NCBI RefSeq assembly: GCF_004010195.1
Contig: NC_057728.1
Span: 46,179,290-46,239,867, forward strand
Length of the DNA stretch: 60,578 nt
Origin: Chiloscyllium plagiosum
Taxonomy: Eukaryota
Reading direction: 5' to 3'
Part shown: positions 24,962 to 37,820 of the stretch, piece by piece
How positions within the stretch are numbered: position 1 is the first letter of the stretch
Layout of the letters: each line of letters opens with the position of its first letter
Program-made: the position numbers and the translations under genes
The notes under the pieces: generated by a model
What the model was told of the DNA's origin: nothing
The model's database searches: none
What the model saw: the letters and a program-made list of their open reading frames with translations, nothing else

Positions 24962-25934
24962 AAATCAATAGGTTGTTTACAGCACAAAACGAAGCTATTT
25001 GGCTCATTCTCTCTTTGTTAAACCATAAAAAGAGCCATCCAGCCTTATCCACATTTCTAGCTCTTATTCTGTAGTTCTGGTACACATTCTAGTTCTAGTT
25101 CAAGTACACATTCAAGTTTTTCTTAAAAGGTGACAAAAGCTTTCAACTTATACATCTTTTCAATGCAACAGGCAGAGCCGCATCACTCCATTGATGAAAG
25201 AATTTCTCCTCAACTTCTCTATAATCCTATTAACAATTATTTAGAAAGTGGATCCTTCCCACAGATTGTATTGAGCCTACTCACTGTTTTATTCTTTCCA
25301 TTTGAAAAGAAACCTGAATTATTGAATCAACTCTGTGCTTATAAATGTTTGCAGTGCATGAATGTTCAGTGCAAAACTTGACCTACTCTTGGGAAATAAG
25401 GCAGGGCAGGTGACTGAGGTATCAGTGGGGAAGCACTCTGGGGCTAGTGACCATATTTTTATTTGTTTGAAAATAGTGATGGAAAAGGATAGACCAGATC
25501 TAAAAGTTGAAGTTTTAAATTGGAGGCAGGCTAATTTTGACGGTATTAGGCAAAATCTTTCAAAAGCTGATTGGGGTAGATGCTCACAGGTACAGGGACG
25601 GCTGGAAAATGGGAAGCCTTCAGAAATGAGATAACAAGAACCCAGAGAAAGTATATTTGTGTTCAGGTGAAAGGAAAGGCTGGTAGGCATAGGGAATGCT
25701 GGATGATGAAGGAAATTGAGGGTTTGGATAAGAAAAAGAAGGAAGCATGTGTCAGGTACAGATTGAGTGAATCCTTAGAAGAGTATAAAGGCAGTAGGAG
25801 TATAGTGAAGAGGGAAATCAGGAGGGCAAAAAAGGGGACATGAGATAGCTTTGGCAAATAGAATTAAGGAGAATCCAAAGGGTTTTTATAAATACATTAA
25901 AGATAAAAGGGTAACTAGGGAGAGAACAGGGCCC

Positions 25935-26111
25935 AAAAAGCAGGAGAATCGACGTTTTGGGCATAAGCCCTTCTTCAGGAATCATTCCTGAAGGGCTTAT
26001 GCCCGAAACATCGATTCTTCTGCTCCTTGGATGCTGCCTGACCTGCTGCGCTTTTCCAGCAACACATTTTTCAGCTCTGATCTCCAGCATCTGCAGTCCT
26101 CACTTTCTCCT
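25935..26111. mobile_element. Short PLE hairpin insert, family A, nested in CR1
   Basis: Palindrome centred on ggaatcattcc (~25978-25988); TSD agagaacagggccc (25921-25934) / agacaatagggccc (26112-26125). Confidence 0.92.
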
Positions 26112-27155
26112 AGACAATAGGGCCCCTCAAAGATCAGCAAGGCAGCCTTTGTGGAGCCACAGGAAATGGGAGAGATACTAAATGAGTATTTTGCATCAGT
26201 GTGTACTGTGGAAAGGACATGCAAGATATTGAATGCAGGGAAACAGATGGTAACATATTGAAAAATGTCCATGTTACAGAGGAGTAGGTGCTGGATGTCT
26301 TCAAATGCATAAGAGTGGATAAATCTCCAGGACCTAATCAGTGTACCCTAGAACATTTTGGGAAGCCAGGGAGGTGATTGCTGGGCCTCTTGCTGAGATA
26401 TTTGTAAAATTGATAGTGCAGATAAGGTGCCAGAAGTCTGTAGGTTGGCTAATTTGGTGCCACTGTTTAAGAAAAGTGCTAAGGACAAGCCAGGGAACTA
26501 TAGACCAGTGAGCCTGACATCGGTGGTGGACAAGTTGTTGGAGGGAGTCCTGAGGGACAGGATGTACATGTATTTTGAAAGGCAAGGACTGATTATGGAT
26601 AGTCAATATGGCTTTGTGCATGAGAAATCATGTCTCACAAAGTTGATTGAGTTTTTGAAGAAGTAACAAAGAAGGTTGATGAGGGTAGAGCGGTGGACGT
26701 GATCCATATGGACTTCAATAAGGCGTTTGACAAGGTTCCCCATGTGAGACTGATTAGCAAGGTTAGATCTCATGGAATACAGGGAGACCTTGTCAGTTTG
26801 ATACAGAACTGGTACAAAGGTAGAAGACAGAGGGTGGTGATGGAGGGTTGTTTTTCAGACTGGAGGCCTGTGACCAGTGGAGTGCCACAAGGATCGGTGC
26901 TGGGTCCATTACTTTTCATCATTTATATAAATGATTTGGATGTGAACATAATAGACATAGTTAGTAGGTTTGCAGATGACACGAAAATTGGAGGTGTAGT
27001 GGACAGCGAAGAAGGTTACCTCAGATTACAACGGGATCTTGATCAGGTGAGCCAATGGGCTGAGGATTGGCAGATGGAGTTTAATTTAGACAAATGCAAG
27101 GTGCTGCATTTTGGGAACGAAAATCTTAGCAGGACTTATACACTTAATGGTAAGG

Positions 27156-27270
27156 CAAAAGTGAAGACTGCAGATGCTGGAGATCAGAGTCTATATTAGA
27201 GTGGTGTTGGAAAAGCACAGCAGGTTAGACAGCATCCGAGGAGCAGGAAAATTGACGTTTCAGGCAAAAG
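27156..27270 (-). mobile_element. Short PLE 3' tail, family A, nested in CR1
   Basis: gtgaagactgcagatgctggag...gacgtttcaggcaaaag interrupts CR1 aatggtaagg|tcctaggg; aagg duplicated. Confidence 0.9.
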
Positions 27271-28769
27271 AAGGTCCTAGGGAGTGTTGCTGAACAAAGA
27301 GATCTTGGAGTGCAGGTTCATAGCTCCTTGAAAGTTAAGTCAGAGGTAGATATGATAATGAAGAAGGCATTTGGTGTGCTTTCCTTCATTGGTCAGAGTA
27401 TTGAGTGCAGGAGTTGGGAAGTCACGTTGTGGCTGTACAGGACACTGGTTAGACCACTTTTGGAATATTGCGTGCAATTCTGGTCTCTTTTCTATCAGAA
27501 GGATATTGTGAAACTTGAAAGGGTTCTGAAAAGATTTATAAGGATGTTGCCAGGGTTGGAGGTTTTGAGGAATAGGGAGATGCTGAACAGGCTGGGGCCA
27601 TTTTTCCTGAGGCATCAGAGGCTGAGGGTTGACCTTATAGGGGTTTACAAAATCTTGAGGGGCATGGATAGGATAAATAGACGAAGTCTTTTCCCTGGGG
27701 TGGGGGAATCCAGAACTAGAAGGCATAGGTTTAGGGTGAGAGGGGAAAGATATAAAAGAGACCTAAGGGGCAACTTTTTCATGCAGAGGATAGTATGTGT
27801 ATGGAATGAACTGCCAGAGGTTGTGGTGGAGGCTAGTACAATTGTAACATTTAAGAGGCATCTGGATGGGTATATGAATAGGAAGGTTTGGAGGGATATG
27901 GGCTGGGTGCATGCAGGTGGGACTAGATTGGGTTGATGTATCTGGTCGACATGGACAAGTTGGATCGAAGGGTCTGTTTCCGTGCTGTACATCTCTATGA
28001 CTCTATGTCCATCTATTACTGAGAGGATACCTTTTATACAGATGTTCACAGTATATATTCCCATGGTTTAAAAAGTCTATTCTGAAAAGTTTACTGCCTT
28101 TTCTCTTCACTGGTTTTGGCAGATCTGAGATGAATTTCCAAGATTTCCTGTTCTTACCATACTTGCACTGTTTGGCTAAAAGTCCAAATTTTGTACACAA
28201 TGGAGAGACAATTTGGCATGCATCATTAACTTATCTTCTAACAGCTAAAATTGAAACTACCAGGCAACAACATCCACTCTTTGACCAGTTAAATGATCAT
28301 ACACAAGCCTAATCATTGACCAAAAATTGTAAGGTAGACCTAGGCATTCTTCCAATGTGGTACCAAGCAATGCATTCATTGAATGTCACAGCACTTCATG
28401 CCAGAGTCAGAAATATGCAATAATGATGCATAAAAAGTTAGATAAATATAGGAGGAGAGAGGTACTGTCATGCCAATGTACTCTGGAAGGCCAGGCAAAT
28501 GAACTGGGAACATAGGTTTAAATATAACCAAGGCTGCAATTGGAAGCTGGATTTTTTAATGGTAATCATGACAGTAATTATGAATTGGTGTTTAAAACCC
28601 CATCTATTTCACTAATGACCTCTAGTGTCTTCCATAGATGGACTGGCCTACCTGTATTTCCATGTCAACAACTGTATAGTTGGTTTTGAATTGCCCTTTG
28701 TGATGGCCTAGAAAACCAAATCAGTTCAAAGGTACTTAGGATGGATAACAAACATTGACAAAATTAATA

Positions 28770-29065
28770 GTCACTTGGAAAAATGCGGATTAGTTAAGTA
28801 AAAGCTGTATGGATCTGCACATACATAAATCACATCAAATGAAATTAGCAGAATTTTGATAAGTTAAGACAAGGGGTTGATGAGAGTGATATAGTGTGGA
28901 CTTCTTCAGGGTTTTTGCTCAGGTACCAAGTAGGTTTAGGCTTGTAAGGAAAGTTAAAGTCATTGAGTAAAAGGGATATTGGCATAAATACAAAGCTGGC
29001 TGAGTGACAGGAAATAGAGAGAAGGGGTGAATGGTTGCATTACTGGTTATATGAAGGATTATAAT
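28770..29065 (+). mobile_element. Old CR1 RT fragment
   Basis: Decayed acaaaattaatagtcacttgga...gctggctgagtgacaggaaa...gtgaatggttg. Confidence 0.6.
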
Positions 29066-29301
29066 TGTAGCAATTGTAACGCGGTCAGCCAGGTGGACAT
29101 CATTGGTTATGAGATACCTGATTGGGGCTGTTAATCTGTTCTAATCAGAAAGCCCTGGCTGACAGCTAAAACCAGGGGTGTCAGACATCCTGATCACTCT
29201 GAGAGTTGGCTCTGAGGGAGCTGGATCAGTGTCAAGGACTCTCCACGTGTAAATGAAGGGTGACTTGATGACAGGATACCAGCCTCTGCAGAGTTATTTC
29301 A
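29066..29301 (+). mobile_element. Solo LTR (236 bp, TG...CA), Gypsy family
   Basis: tgtagcaattgtaac...gagttatttca; clear homology to the LTR at 36175-36394 that adjoins a Gypsy integrase fragment. Confidence 0.85.
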
Positions 29302-30449
29302 CCTCTTACTTTAATTAACACCCTTGTCCTAGTTCTTACCAGAGAGGGGAATGTGTTAATCAAAATATTTATAACTTGAGTCTGGATGAACACAACTGTC
29401 TGCCTGTGTTGTACTTGAATATCATAAAGGTGGAGAAAATTCTAACAAGCATTAGAACTGTTACAGCATCTAATATAATTCCAATATGAATGCCAACTCC
29501 AAGATCAGCACAGAGAATAATAGGGTGAAAGGAGGAAATGTAAAATTGTATCATAAAGAGCAAAAGATAAGGGAAGACGAAATAAAACATAGTTTATTAT
29601 TAAAAGAATGAAAATTTTACATAGATTTAAATGTAAAATGGACTATAAACATAAGACAATTATAAAATAATATACATGGAATTGCAAAGGAAAAGATGAG
29701 AATAATGGATAAACAGGAGAAATCAAGTGAAAATAGGAAAGACTTAGAAAATTAGGACTTTTATTTTCCTTTCCTGGAATACTATGACAGCTTGTTATTT
29801 AACTTATGAAGGTTTTCATACATTGATGAGTTTCTAAACGTGATAGATCAGGGTGTTTCATTTAATAGGGTTCAATTATGTTACCCTTCATGTTGTGTCA
29901 GCAGAGCTGTATGAATTTATTATGACATGCCTCAGTTTCTGCTGATACAACTTTAAGTAATTATGGTCGGGTTTGCATTTTTTTCTAATTTACTATTTCA
30001 TTAGAATTGAGACATAGGAGAGAATCAGGGACATGAAGATTAAGCAACAGTCTGGCGTACAGAGACAGCATCTGAGCCATGAGCCGGTCTGAATAATTAG
30101 TCTGTGGGCTGGAACATATCTTAGAATCTATGATAATCTTTCATTGTCAAGTAATATGTCGGTGATAACATTCTACAGGTCCTTGGCCTAAAGTCAAGAA
30201 CATTTCTTGACTAAGAAAAAGTACAGAAAGGTAATTATAACTACTGCTTCTTCAGGGTTTAAGACTCATAGATGCCACTAACACCTTAATCAATATGTTG
30301 CAGATTTCTTTGTTGCTTATGTGACATCACAAAATATTTTAGTTTTTATTCAAAACATTTGAACATTACTTACACTTTATTGCAGGAAGACCAAACAACG
30401 GGAAACACGTTGTCATTTGAAAAACACTCTTTTCATGTCCCAGAGGAAC

Positions 30450-30880
30450 ATGGGAAAACAGGATTGGGAGTAGGCCATTTAGCCCCTCAAGACAGTTTCA
30501 CCGTTCAATGAGATCTTGTCCAATCTGTCATCTAGCTCCATATATATGCCTTTGAACCAAGCCTCATAATATATTTGTTAAACAAAAAAAACTAACTCAT
30601 CTTAAAATTAACAACTGATCAAGCAACCACTGCCATTTGTGGAAGAGAGCTCTAAACATCTACTACCGTATGCATGTAGAAATGCTGAATGGTCTGGCCT
30701 TACTTTTCAGAAGATACCCCCAAATTCTAGAATCCCCAAACAGTTTATCTTTAGCTACCCTGTCTTTTCCTGTTAATATCCTGAAGACTTTGATTAGATC
30801 AGCCCTTGACCTTCTAACTTCAAGAGAAAACAAGCTTAATCTACATAATATCTCTTCATAACTCAGCCCCTAAAATCCAA
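30450..30880 (-). mobile_element. Old CR1 3' fragment
   Basis: ggagtaggccatttagcccctc and tttgtggaagagagctc are reverse-complement CR1 tail motifs. Confidence 0.7.
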
Positions 30881-30934
30881 ATAATCTTCTGCAGTTGGAT
30901 GTCAACTGCAAAAGATTACTTCTCTGTTTTCTTT

Positions 30935-31280
30935 TATTCACTCTTCAGATGTGGGTGTCAGTAGCTGGACCAGCATTTATTGTCCATTCCTAATAGCCCC
31001 TGAGAAGGCAATAAGCTGATTTCCTGTATGGTCCAATTGGTCCAGGTACATTCATTTTGCCCTCAGCGAGAGTGTTCCAGGGTTTTGGCCCAAGAAAACT
31101 GAAGGAATGATGTTATATTGATATTTACCAAGGCAGGATGGTGAATGGCTGAGAAGGGAACTTATAGGTGATGATGTTCCAAAGTATTTACTGCCATTGT
31201 TCTCCTAGATAGTCGTGGCTGTTGGTTTAGAAGTTGCTGTCTAAGGAAACTGAATTTCTGCAGTCCATCTTGTAGATTTG
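30935..31280 (-). mobile_element. LINE 3' end, same family as 18170-18705
   Basis: ccagcatttattgtccattcctaatagcccctgagaagg is the reverse complement of that family's tail. Confidence 0.65.
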
Positions 31281-31311
31281 GGGGTCTCATGAGTGCAATT
31301 AACTAATAAAG

Positions 31312-32267
31312 GTCAAGTTAAAAATCACACAACATCAGGTTATAGTCCAACAAATTTATTTGTTGCTGCTCCCTCATTAGGTAGTTGTGGAGCAGGACTA
31401 TAAGACAGAGAATTTAGAGCAAAAGATCACAGTATCATGCAAATGAAATGATACATTGAACAAACCTAGATTGCTGTTAAGCCTTTCTTCTATTCGAATG
31501 GTTTGGAGGTTTCGGTTCATTAATACGTAAATCCCAGAACTTCTTTTAAGTTACATTCTCGAGATAACTTAAGGTTATCAAGATAAAAAAAGGTGACAAC
31601 TCAGCTCAGACAATGCTGAGGTGTGAGGTTTGACTCTGTGAGCCAATTTTGAGTCAGACTGGTTCTATTTCCAAAGTGGAATTTAAAAAATATGACATGG
31701 ATTGATTGCCTGCATTGACTGCCTGCAAATTGTGCATTTTTTGAACAAAATAGAATTTGTCTACAAGTAAAGTTTTGCAAATACAAGTTCACCCCATAGA
31801 CATATATGCATGTGCACATGAATAAGAGAGAGAGTGAGTGTGTGTGTGAGAGTGTGACTGCACATGAGGGAGTGTGTGTTTGCATGTGTGCAAGCTTGGT
31901 AAAGTGTGTGTGTGTGTGTGAGTGTGATGGAGTATAAGCCTGTGCGAGCGTGTGTATTTGGGTCTGACTTTGGGTGTGCATGTGTGTGCGTAGGAGAGAG
32001 GGTTTGTGTGTGTATAAGAGAGAGAGAGAATGTATAGTGTAGTGGGGTCACCTGTAATGTGACATGAACCCAAGTTCCCAGTTGAGGCCATCCTCATGGG
32101 TACCGAACATGTCGATCAGCCTCTGCTCGGACACTTTGCGTTGTTGCTTATCCTAAAGTCCACCGTGGAGAATGGTCAACCTAAGATCCAAGGCCAAATG
32201 TGCCTGACCGCTGAAGTGTTCCTTGAGTGAGAGGGAGCATCCCTGTCTGGTGATTGTTGCGTGGTGT
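31312..32267 (-). mobile_element. Penelope-like (Neptune-type) 3' fragment, parent of family B
   Basis: Minus strand reads EHFSGQAH...EQRLIDMFGTHEDGLNWELGFMSHY (GIY-YIG C-terminus), then a (CA)n-rich UTR and the family-B tail. Confidence 0.85.
31823..32040. repeat. Imperfect (GT)n/(GA)n microsatellite in PLE 3' UTR
   Basis: Runs of gtgtgt and gagaga. Confidence 0.9.
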
Positions 32268-32325
32268 AGTTGGTAACTTGTAGCAATTTTCTGATAGCAG
32301 TAGTTTAGCTATGATACATCAGTTA

Positions 32326-32613
32326 TTTAGATTAGATTACTTACAGTGTGGAAACAGGCCCTTCGGCCCAACAAGTCCACACCGACCCTCCGAAGAGCAA
32401 CCCACTCCCCTACATTTACCCCTTCACCTAACACTACAGGCAATTTAGCATGGCCAATTTACCTAACCTGCACCTCTGAAAACCGGAGCACCCGGAGGAA
32501 ACCCACGCAGACACGAGGAGAATGTGCAAACTCCACACAGACAGTTGCCTGAGGTGGGAATTGAACCTGGGTCTCTGGTGCTTTGAGGCAGCAATGCTAA
32601 CCACTGTGCCACC
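32326..32613 (-). mobile_element. HE1 V-SINE
   Basis: A box TGGCACAGTGG, B box GGTTCAATTCC, V-domain, AATCT tail. Confidence 0.92.
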
Positions 32614-35439
32614 GTTATTAGGTAAAGAAAGTATATAACTGAGAGATGTGAAGGCTTCACAGATCCCAGAGCGGTCCTGTAGAGTGAAGGAGCAGGACAG
32701 TAGTTTGCAAGTATGATCTCATTGAAATATTCAAACTTGTTGCAGAGTCAGGCATGTGGATAGCATACTTCCCCTTGCTGGTCAGTCTACAACCATGGGG
32801 CATGGTCTCAGAGTAAGGAGCAATCTATTTAAGACTGAGATGAAAATTTTCTTCACTCAGCGGTCATCGGAATTCTCCATCTCACAGAGTTATGGAAGCT
32901 CAAACATTGAGCATGTTCAGCACAGAAATCAATAGATCCTTGGACGCTAATGGCTGAGCCAGATTTGGCAGTAATAAGAAAAAATGACTAACTATCAAAC
33001 TGATTAAATTACCACTCATGCAGCAAAATAAAACTACCTTATAATGAAAATCAGGCCCAGGTTATTTGTCAGAAGATAAGCACAGCCAAAATAGAGAGAC
33101 AAACAGGATTGTCACAACAATGCCCCTTTAAATATCTGATCATCCCTTTCCAGAACTTCTCTTGAGATGTGCAAGGTCAAAAACTGGATTTATGCCACAT
33201 GATTAGCTCATTGTAGAAAGTAATGAGCAGGGCAAATTTAATCTCCAGAGTCTGTCAAAAACATAACAGCCTGCAAACTAATTTCAGAGCTGTTACCCTA
33301 CTGAAATATCATGAGAACTTTGGCCAAACGCACATTTATTCAACTGTCTGACTTGCATTGATTCATCTTCCTGAGGATTATGTTTGGAATTGTATTAGAA
33401 ATGATTATACCTCTATATCCAAGTGTAAAGTTGTGCCTTTTATTATATTGAGCAGAAATTTTTCTTTTGTCTGTAATTGCGAAGCTGTCATAATTTGAAT
33501 TGAGTAAACAACTGATGGCTAACTTTTTAAATGGAGGAAGGTGTTGACAAGCCTGGCAATGGAAGCTCAGCAACGTGGCAGATTTCAGGAGCCTGATTCA
33601 GCAATTTCAAACAAAATTTTTTTTCTTCAGAACTCTGAGGGTTTAGATCTGGCTAAATCTTCTCATTCTGTTCTGGAGAACCATGAGGCCAAAGCATAAA
33701 TTAGAAAGCTGCTCCTTTTTATGGAAGAAACTGTATCAATTGATCTAATCCTAGCTGAACTTTAGCGCTATCTCTGTGAATACTAGGGAAGACCCCAACT
33801 CTTGGCTTTTCTATCCTGAATCTAAGACTTCAAGACTCGGGTACCTGCAATGTATTCCTTTACAGAATGCAAACTAAATTCCTACAAGCGAATGTATACC
33901 TTGGTGGTTTGGTTTACAGAATTCAAACTTCTGGCTCATCAAAAAAAATGTTTCTCCACTATTTTTGCTTTCTTTTCTGTTCATCTCATCCAAGTTTTCT
34001 CTGCAAAATAATATTTCTGTCCTTAGGCAATAGTTTAGGATGAGGAAAGGGACTTTCAATTTTTGCCAATGGTATTTTCTAATTAACCACTGGGGTGAGT
34101 GCCAGAATAGCTCAGGTTGAGCATATTAATCCAGTAAACCTTTTCACATCCACTTTTCACCTTTTTATATTTGAACAGTCCTTGTGGAGGTGCTGGGTGA
34201 TGTAATGCTACCAACAGTTGTGCAAATGTTGAAAGTTTGCTCACAACTTATATTTGGGTGAGAAGCAAAACAGTAATATTGATCTGTTTTCTACTTTGTT
34301 GCAATGATAAGGGAGTTGGTATCAAAATAAATATGCCTGTCTAGTGCTCGGGACATATATATCAAAATAAATCTTAAACCTGAAATGGCATTTGCAAACT
34401 CAATTACTGTGTGACTACACTAGAATACATTTTTCTCAAAGCAATGCATATTGCACATTTATTAGAGAGAAATGATGCCTCTGGCATTCTAGATGTGTTT
34501 ACCTAGGAGCTCAATCAGAAAAAATAGCTTTTCAGGTATTATAGATGAAAGATTTCTTCCTGGGTGAATGCTTTAGATGCACAGTTTATTTGAACTTGCA
34601 GAATTGTGAGATCCCAATATTTCCTGCAAGTAATTTAGAATTGTGTTAAAAGCTTCTGTTGGATGCACCATCCTTCCGTGTGTAATGGATTCTGATTTCA
34701 AATCCATTAAGGGTACAATCAGGACAGAGAAATTAAACCAATATGGACACCACAGGAAAGGATGTGGGCAGTGAATTAGACCACTCCTTTGAAGTGACAT
34801 GGGGCATCAACTTAGGGACGCTGGAAGATAGGAAACAGAAACTAAAGGAAGTAATTCGGCCCTTTGCCAGTCAATAAGATCATCATGAATCTGGTACGAC
34901 CGATCTACGTCTGCCTTGAATAAATTCAATGACGAAGCCTTCACTGTTTTCTGAGGAAGAAAAATTTACAGGCTGATGACTCTCACAGAGAAAAAGCATT
35001 TTCCTCATCTTCTTCTTGAAAGTAAGAAATTCTTAATGTGGACATTTAGGCTTGTTATATCTTTGTCATAAGGTTAAATTGCCAGAACCCCCCAGTTAGC
35101 TGTATTATGGGGCCACCTTTAATATATGCCCTACAGATGTTCAGGAAGAAGGTCCACCATCATCTTCTCAAAGGCAATTAGGAATGGGAGACCATTGTTT
35201 GCTTTTCTAGCAGTGTACATGTCCCCGAAATTGAAGAGCTTTTCTTGCAACAGGAGAGCTTTCTTCTTCATAAAATGAAAATGGGAGAGATAACGTGAAG
35301 AAAAATTTATAATTTATCTATAAAAAACATTTTTCGAAAGTGAGTTTTAACAGAGGGACTGGAATGAGTCTCTTTTCAATGAAGGCTTCCTTTGAACTAA
35401 AATGGAGGTCCAAGTCCTCATGAAACAATGACTTTACTC

Positions 35440-36170
35440 AATCCTAATCACTTGCCAATTTAAAAAACAATTCCTTAGATCTCCTTTGGTTTTTCTGCAA
35501 ATTACTTTCTTCAAAAAGTTATAGTTCCTCTATAACTACTCTGTCAAGACACTTAGTGATTTTGAGCATGTCAAGTAAATCTTCTCTCCAATTTTCCAAT
35601 GAGAACAACACCAACTTCACCATTCTGTTCACTTAACTGAAGCTCCTTATCCCTGAAACTATTCATGTATAACTTTTCTGTGCAATCTTTAATTTCTTCC
35701 TCCAGTGTAGGATTCCCAGAATTGAATACAATACTCCTGTTGAGGCTGATTTAGCTTTCAAAAAGATTCATTGTAAATTTCTTGCCCTTTGTGCTGTATA
35801 TCTGTATTTATAAAGTCTAGATTCATGTGATTTTTTTTAAACCAGCAGCTCTTGTCTCATCAGCCCTATCATTTTCCATCATTATACACACACAGCACTC
35901 TCATCTCTCTTTATACTGGTACTCTCTTTAGAATTGGACAATTTAATTTGTATTGTCTTTGTTGGTTGTTACTACCAAATGTATCACCACACACTTCTCT
36001 GCATCAAATGGTGTTTGTTCATTCCGTTTGTCTAAGTCTAGAATTATGCCATCCAAGTTCACAATAATTCCACATTTTGTGCCAATGCAAGTTTTGAAAT
36101 TGTGCAGAGGTCTAGGTCATTATGCTTGAAGAAATGCAGTGGTACAGTGCTGATTCGTCTAAAAACCCCA
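35440..36170 (-). mobile_element. Old CR1 ORF2 fragment
   Basis: cccagaattgaatacaatactcc (EYCIQFW in reverse) and other decayed motifs. Confidence 0.65.
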
Positions 36171-36174
36171 TCAT

Positions 36175-36930
36175 TGAAATAACTCCTCAGAGACTGGTAT
36201 CCCATTACCAATTCATCCTTTATTTACATGTAGGGAGTTCTTGACATTGATCCAGCTCTCAGAGTGAACAGAATCTCTGGCACCCCTGTTTACATCTGTC
36301 AGCCATGAGGTCCCTGATTCAATCAGATTAACAGCCGAAATCAGGGAACTCATATTCTGAGGTCCACTTGACTGACCTTGTTACAATCACTATAGCCCTC
36401 ACCCTTTGATTACGAGGACATAGGTGGGTTTCTTTTTTAATAGCTTCTCCTGGGGCATTTTCGCACCGGGTCATGTTCCTCCGACTCTGCCTCAGATACG
36501 CACATCATGTAATGCACAATAGCTCACGTCTTGCACCCGGAGTTTCTCAGAAGAAATCCATTTCTTCTTCAGGCAGCAAAGGCATTGAGGTGGCAACATT
36601 CTCTGTGTCCACCTCAGATTCCAAGATATCTTCAACTTTGACAGAAAGAGAAAATTGAACAGTTAAAGAGACTGTCGAGGAGCCAGGCATGTTTTGCTCC
36701 CACACTATTTGCAAATTTGCAGCTTTCCATAAGGTCCATGTGCTTGTTCAGGACTGCTGCACCTATCTGAACTTTATACGTCACTGGACCTGACCTCCCA
36801 CCAACCATGCCTCTTACCCATGCAGGGCCATTCCCAAACCAAATTTTGTCCCTGAAAGTAAGCTCTTTCTCTCTCAATTAGCCGAGACTCGTATAGAGCT
36901 TTGGCATTTCTGATGCCATTTCACTCACCC
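36175..36930 (-). mobile_element. Gypsy LTR retrotransposon 3' fragment (integrase C-terminus, PPT, 3' LTR 36175-36394)
   Basis: Minus ORF 36632-36877 GPAWVRGMV...SGPVTYKV...KHMDLM resembles the GPY/F-type C-terminus; purine tract aaagggtgagggc precedes the LTR. Confidence 0.8.
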
Positions 36931-37244
36931 CTATAAAGGTCTCCATTGTTCTTTATGCAGGAATGTCAGTGGGAGCTTATATTGAGAACAAAGATTTTCT
37001 TTCTTAAGACTGAGCTGGAAGATTCACCTAGCTGGCACTAGAGATGTTCATCAGGTAAAGTCTTACAATGAAGAACAATCCTGGGATTAGAAGTTACCCA
37101 GGCTAAAGAATAAAAAAGAACAACTGTGATGCTGGGAAGTTGCAAAATTACTTTGCATTGGTTCCAGTAGAATTGAATTTTTATCTTGTGGGAAGACCAA
37201 TACAGGCAGTCACAATTCCAAAACAAACGGTTGTTCTTTTACAA

Positions 37245-37820
37245 CAGATGAGGAGAATTTCTTTCTCAATAAGGGTGGCGAGTCTTCAGAGTTCTCTTCC
37301 TCAAAAGGCAGTAGAAGCAGAGTCTTTCAATATATTTAAGGCAACGACAAATAGATTCCTGATAAGCAATTGGGTGAGGGGTTACTAGATTAGATTATTT
37401 ACAGTGTGGAAACAGGCCCTTCAGCCCAACAAGTCCACACCGACCCACCGAAGCACACCCACCCCCCTACATTTACCCCTTCACCTAACACTATGGGCAA
37501 TTTAGCATTGCCAATTCACCTAACCTGCACATTTTTGGATTGTGGGAGGAACCGGAGCACCTGGAGGAAACCCACGCAGACACGGGGAGAATGTGCAATT
37601 TCCACACAGAGAGTCGCCTGAGGCGGGAAATGAACCCAGACCTCTGGCACTGTGAGGCAGCAGTGCTATCCACTGTGCCACCGTGCCGCCCACGGTTATT
37701 GGTGGGTTGTCGAGAATGTGGAGTAATCAGCCATAATCTGAACTGAATGATGAAGCAAGCTTGACCTGCTGAATGGCCTGTTTCTACTCTTGACTCATAT
37801 GTCTATATATTCTATATGTC
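37245..37820 (+). mobile_element. Old CR1 3' end interrupted by HE1 SINE
   Basis: MRRISFSIRVASLQSSLPQKAVEA...; the tail resumes after 37691 with aatcagccat...gctgaatggcct. Confidence 0.8.
37388..37691 (-). mobile_element. HE1 V-SINE
   Basis: Head GGGCGGCACGGTGGCACAGTGG, V-domain, AATCT tail; ggttac/ggttat flanks. Confidence 0.92.

Larger units (their letters stand above)
25340..28006 (+). mobile_element. 5'-truncated CR1 LINE (APE C-terminus to tail), with two PLE inserts
   Basis: LDLLLGN...SDH (APE), NYRPVSLTS, GVPQGSVLGP, FADDTK, RTRRHRF; tail ctctatgactctat. Confidence 0.95.

Noticed and set aside
30179..30230. Plus-strand micro-exon (ctacag|...AAAG|gtaatt)
   Set aside because: Stops in all three frames and no supporting partner exons.
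31601..32097. His/Thr-rich ORFs
   Set aside because: Translations of the (CA)n microsatellite in a PLE UTR.
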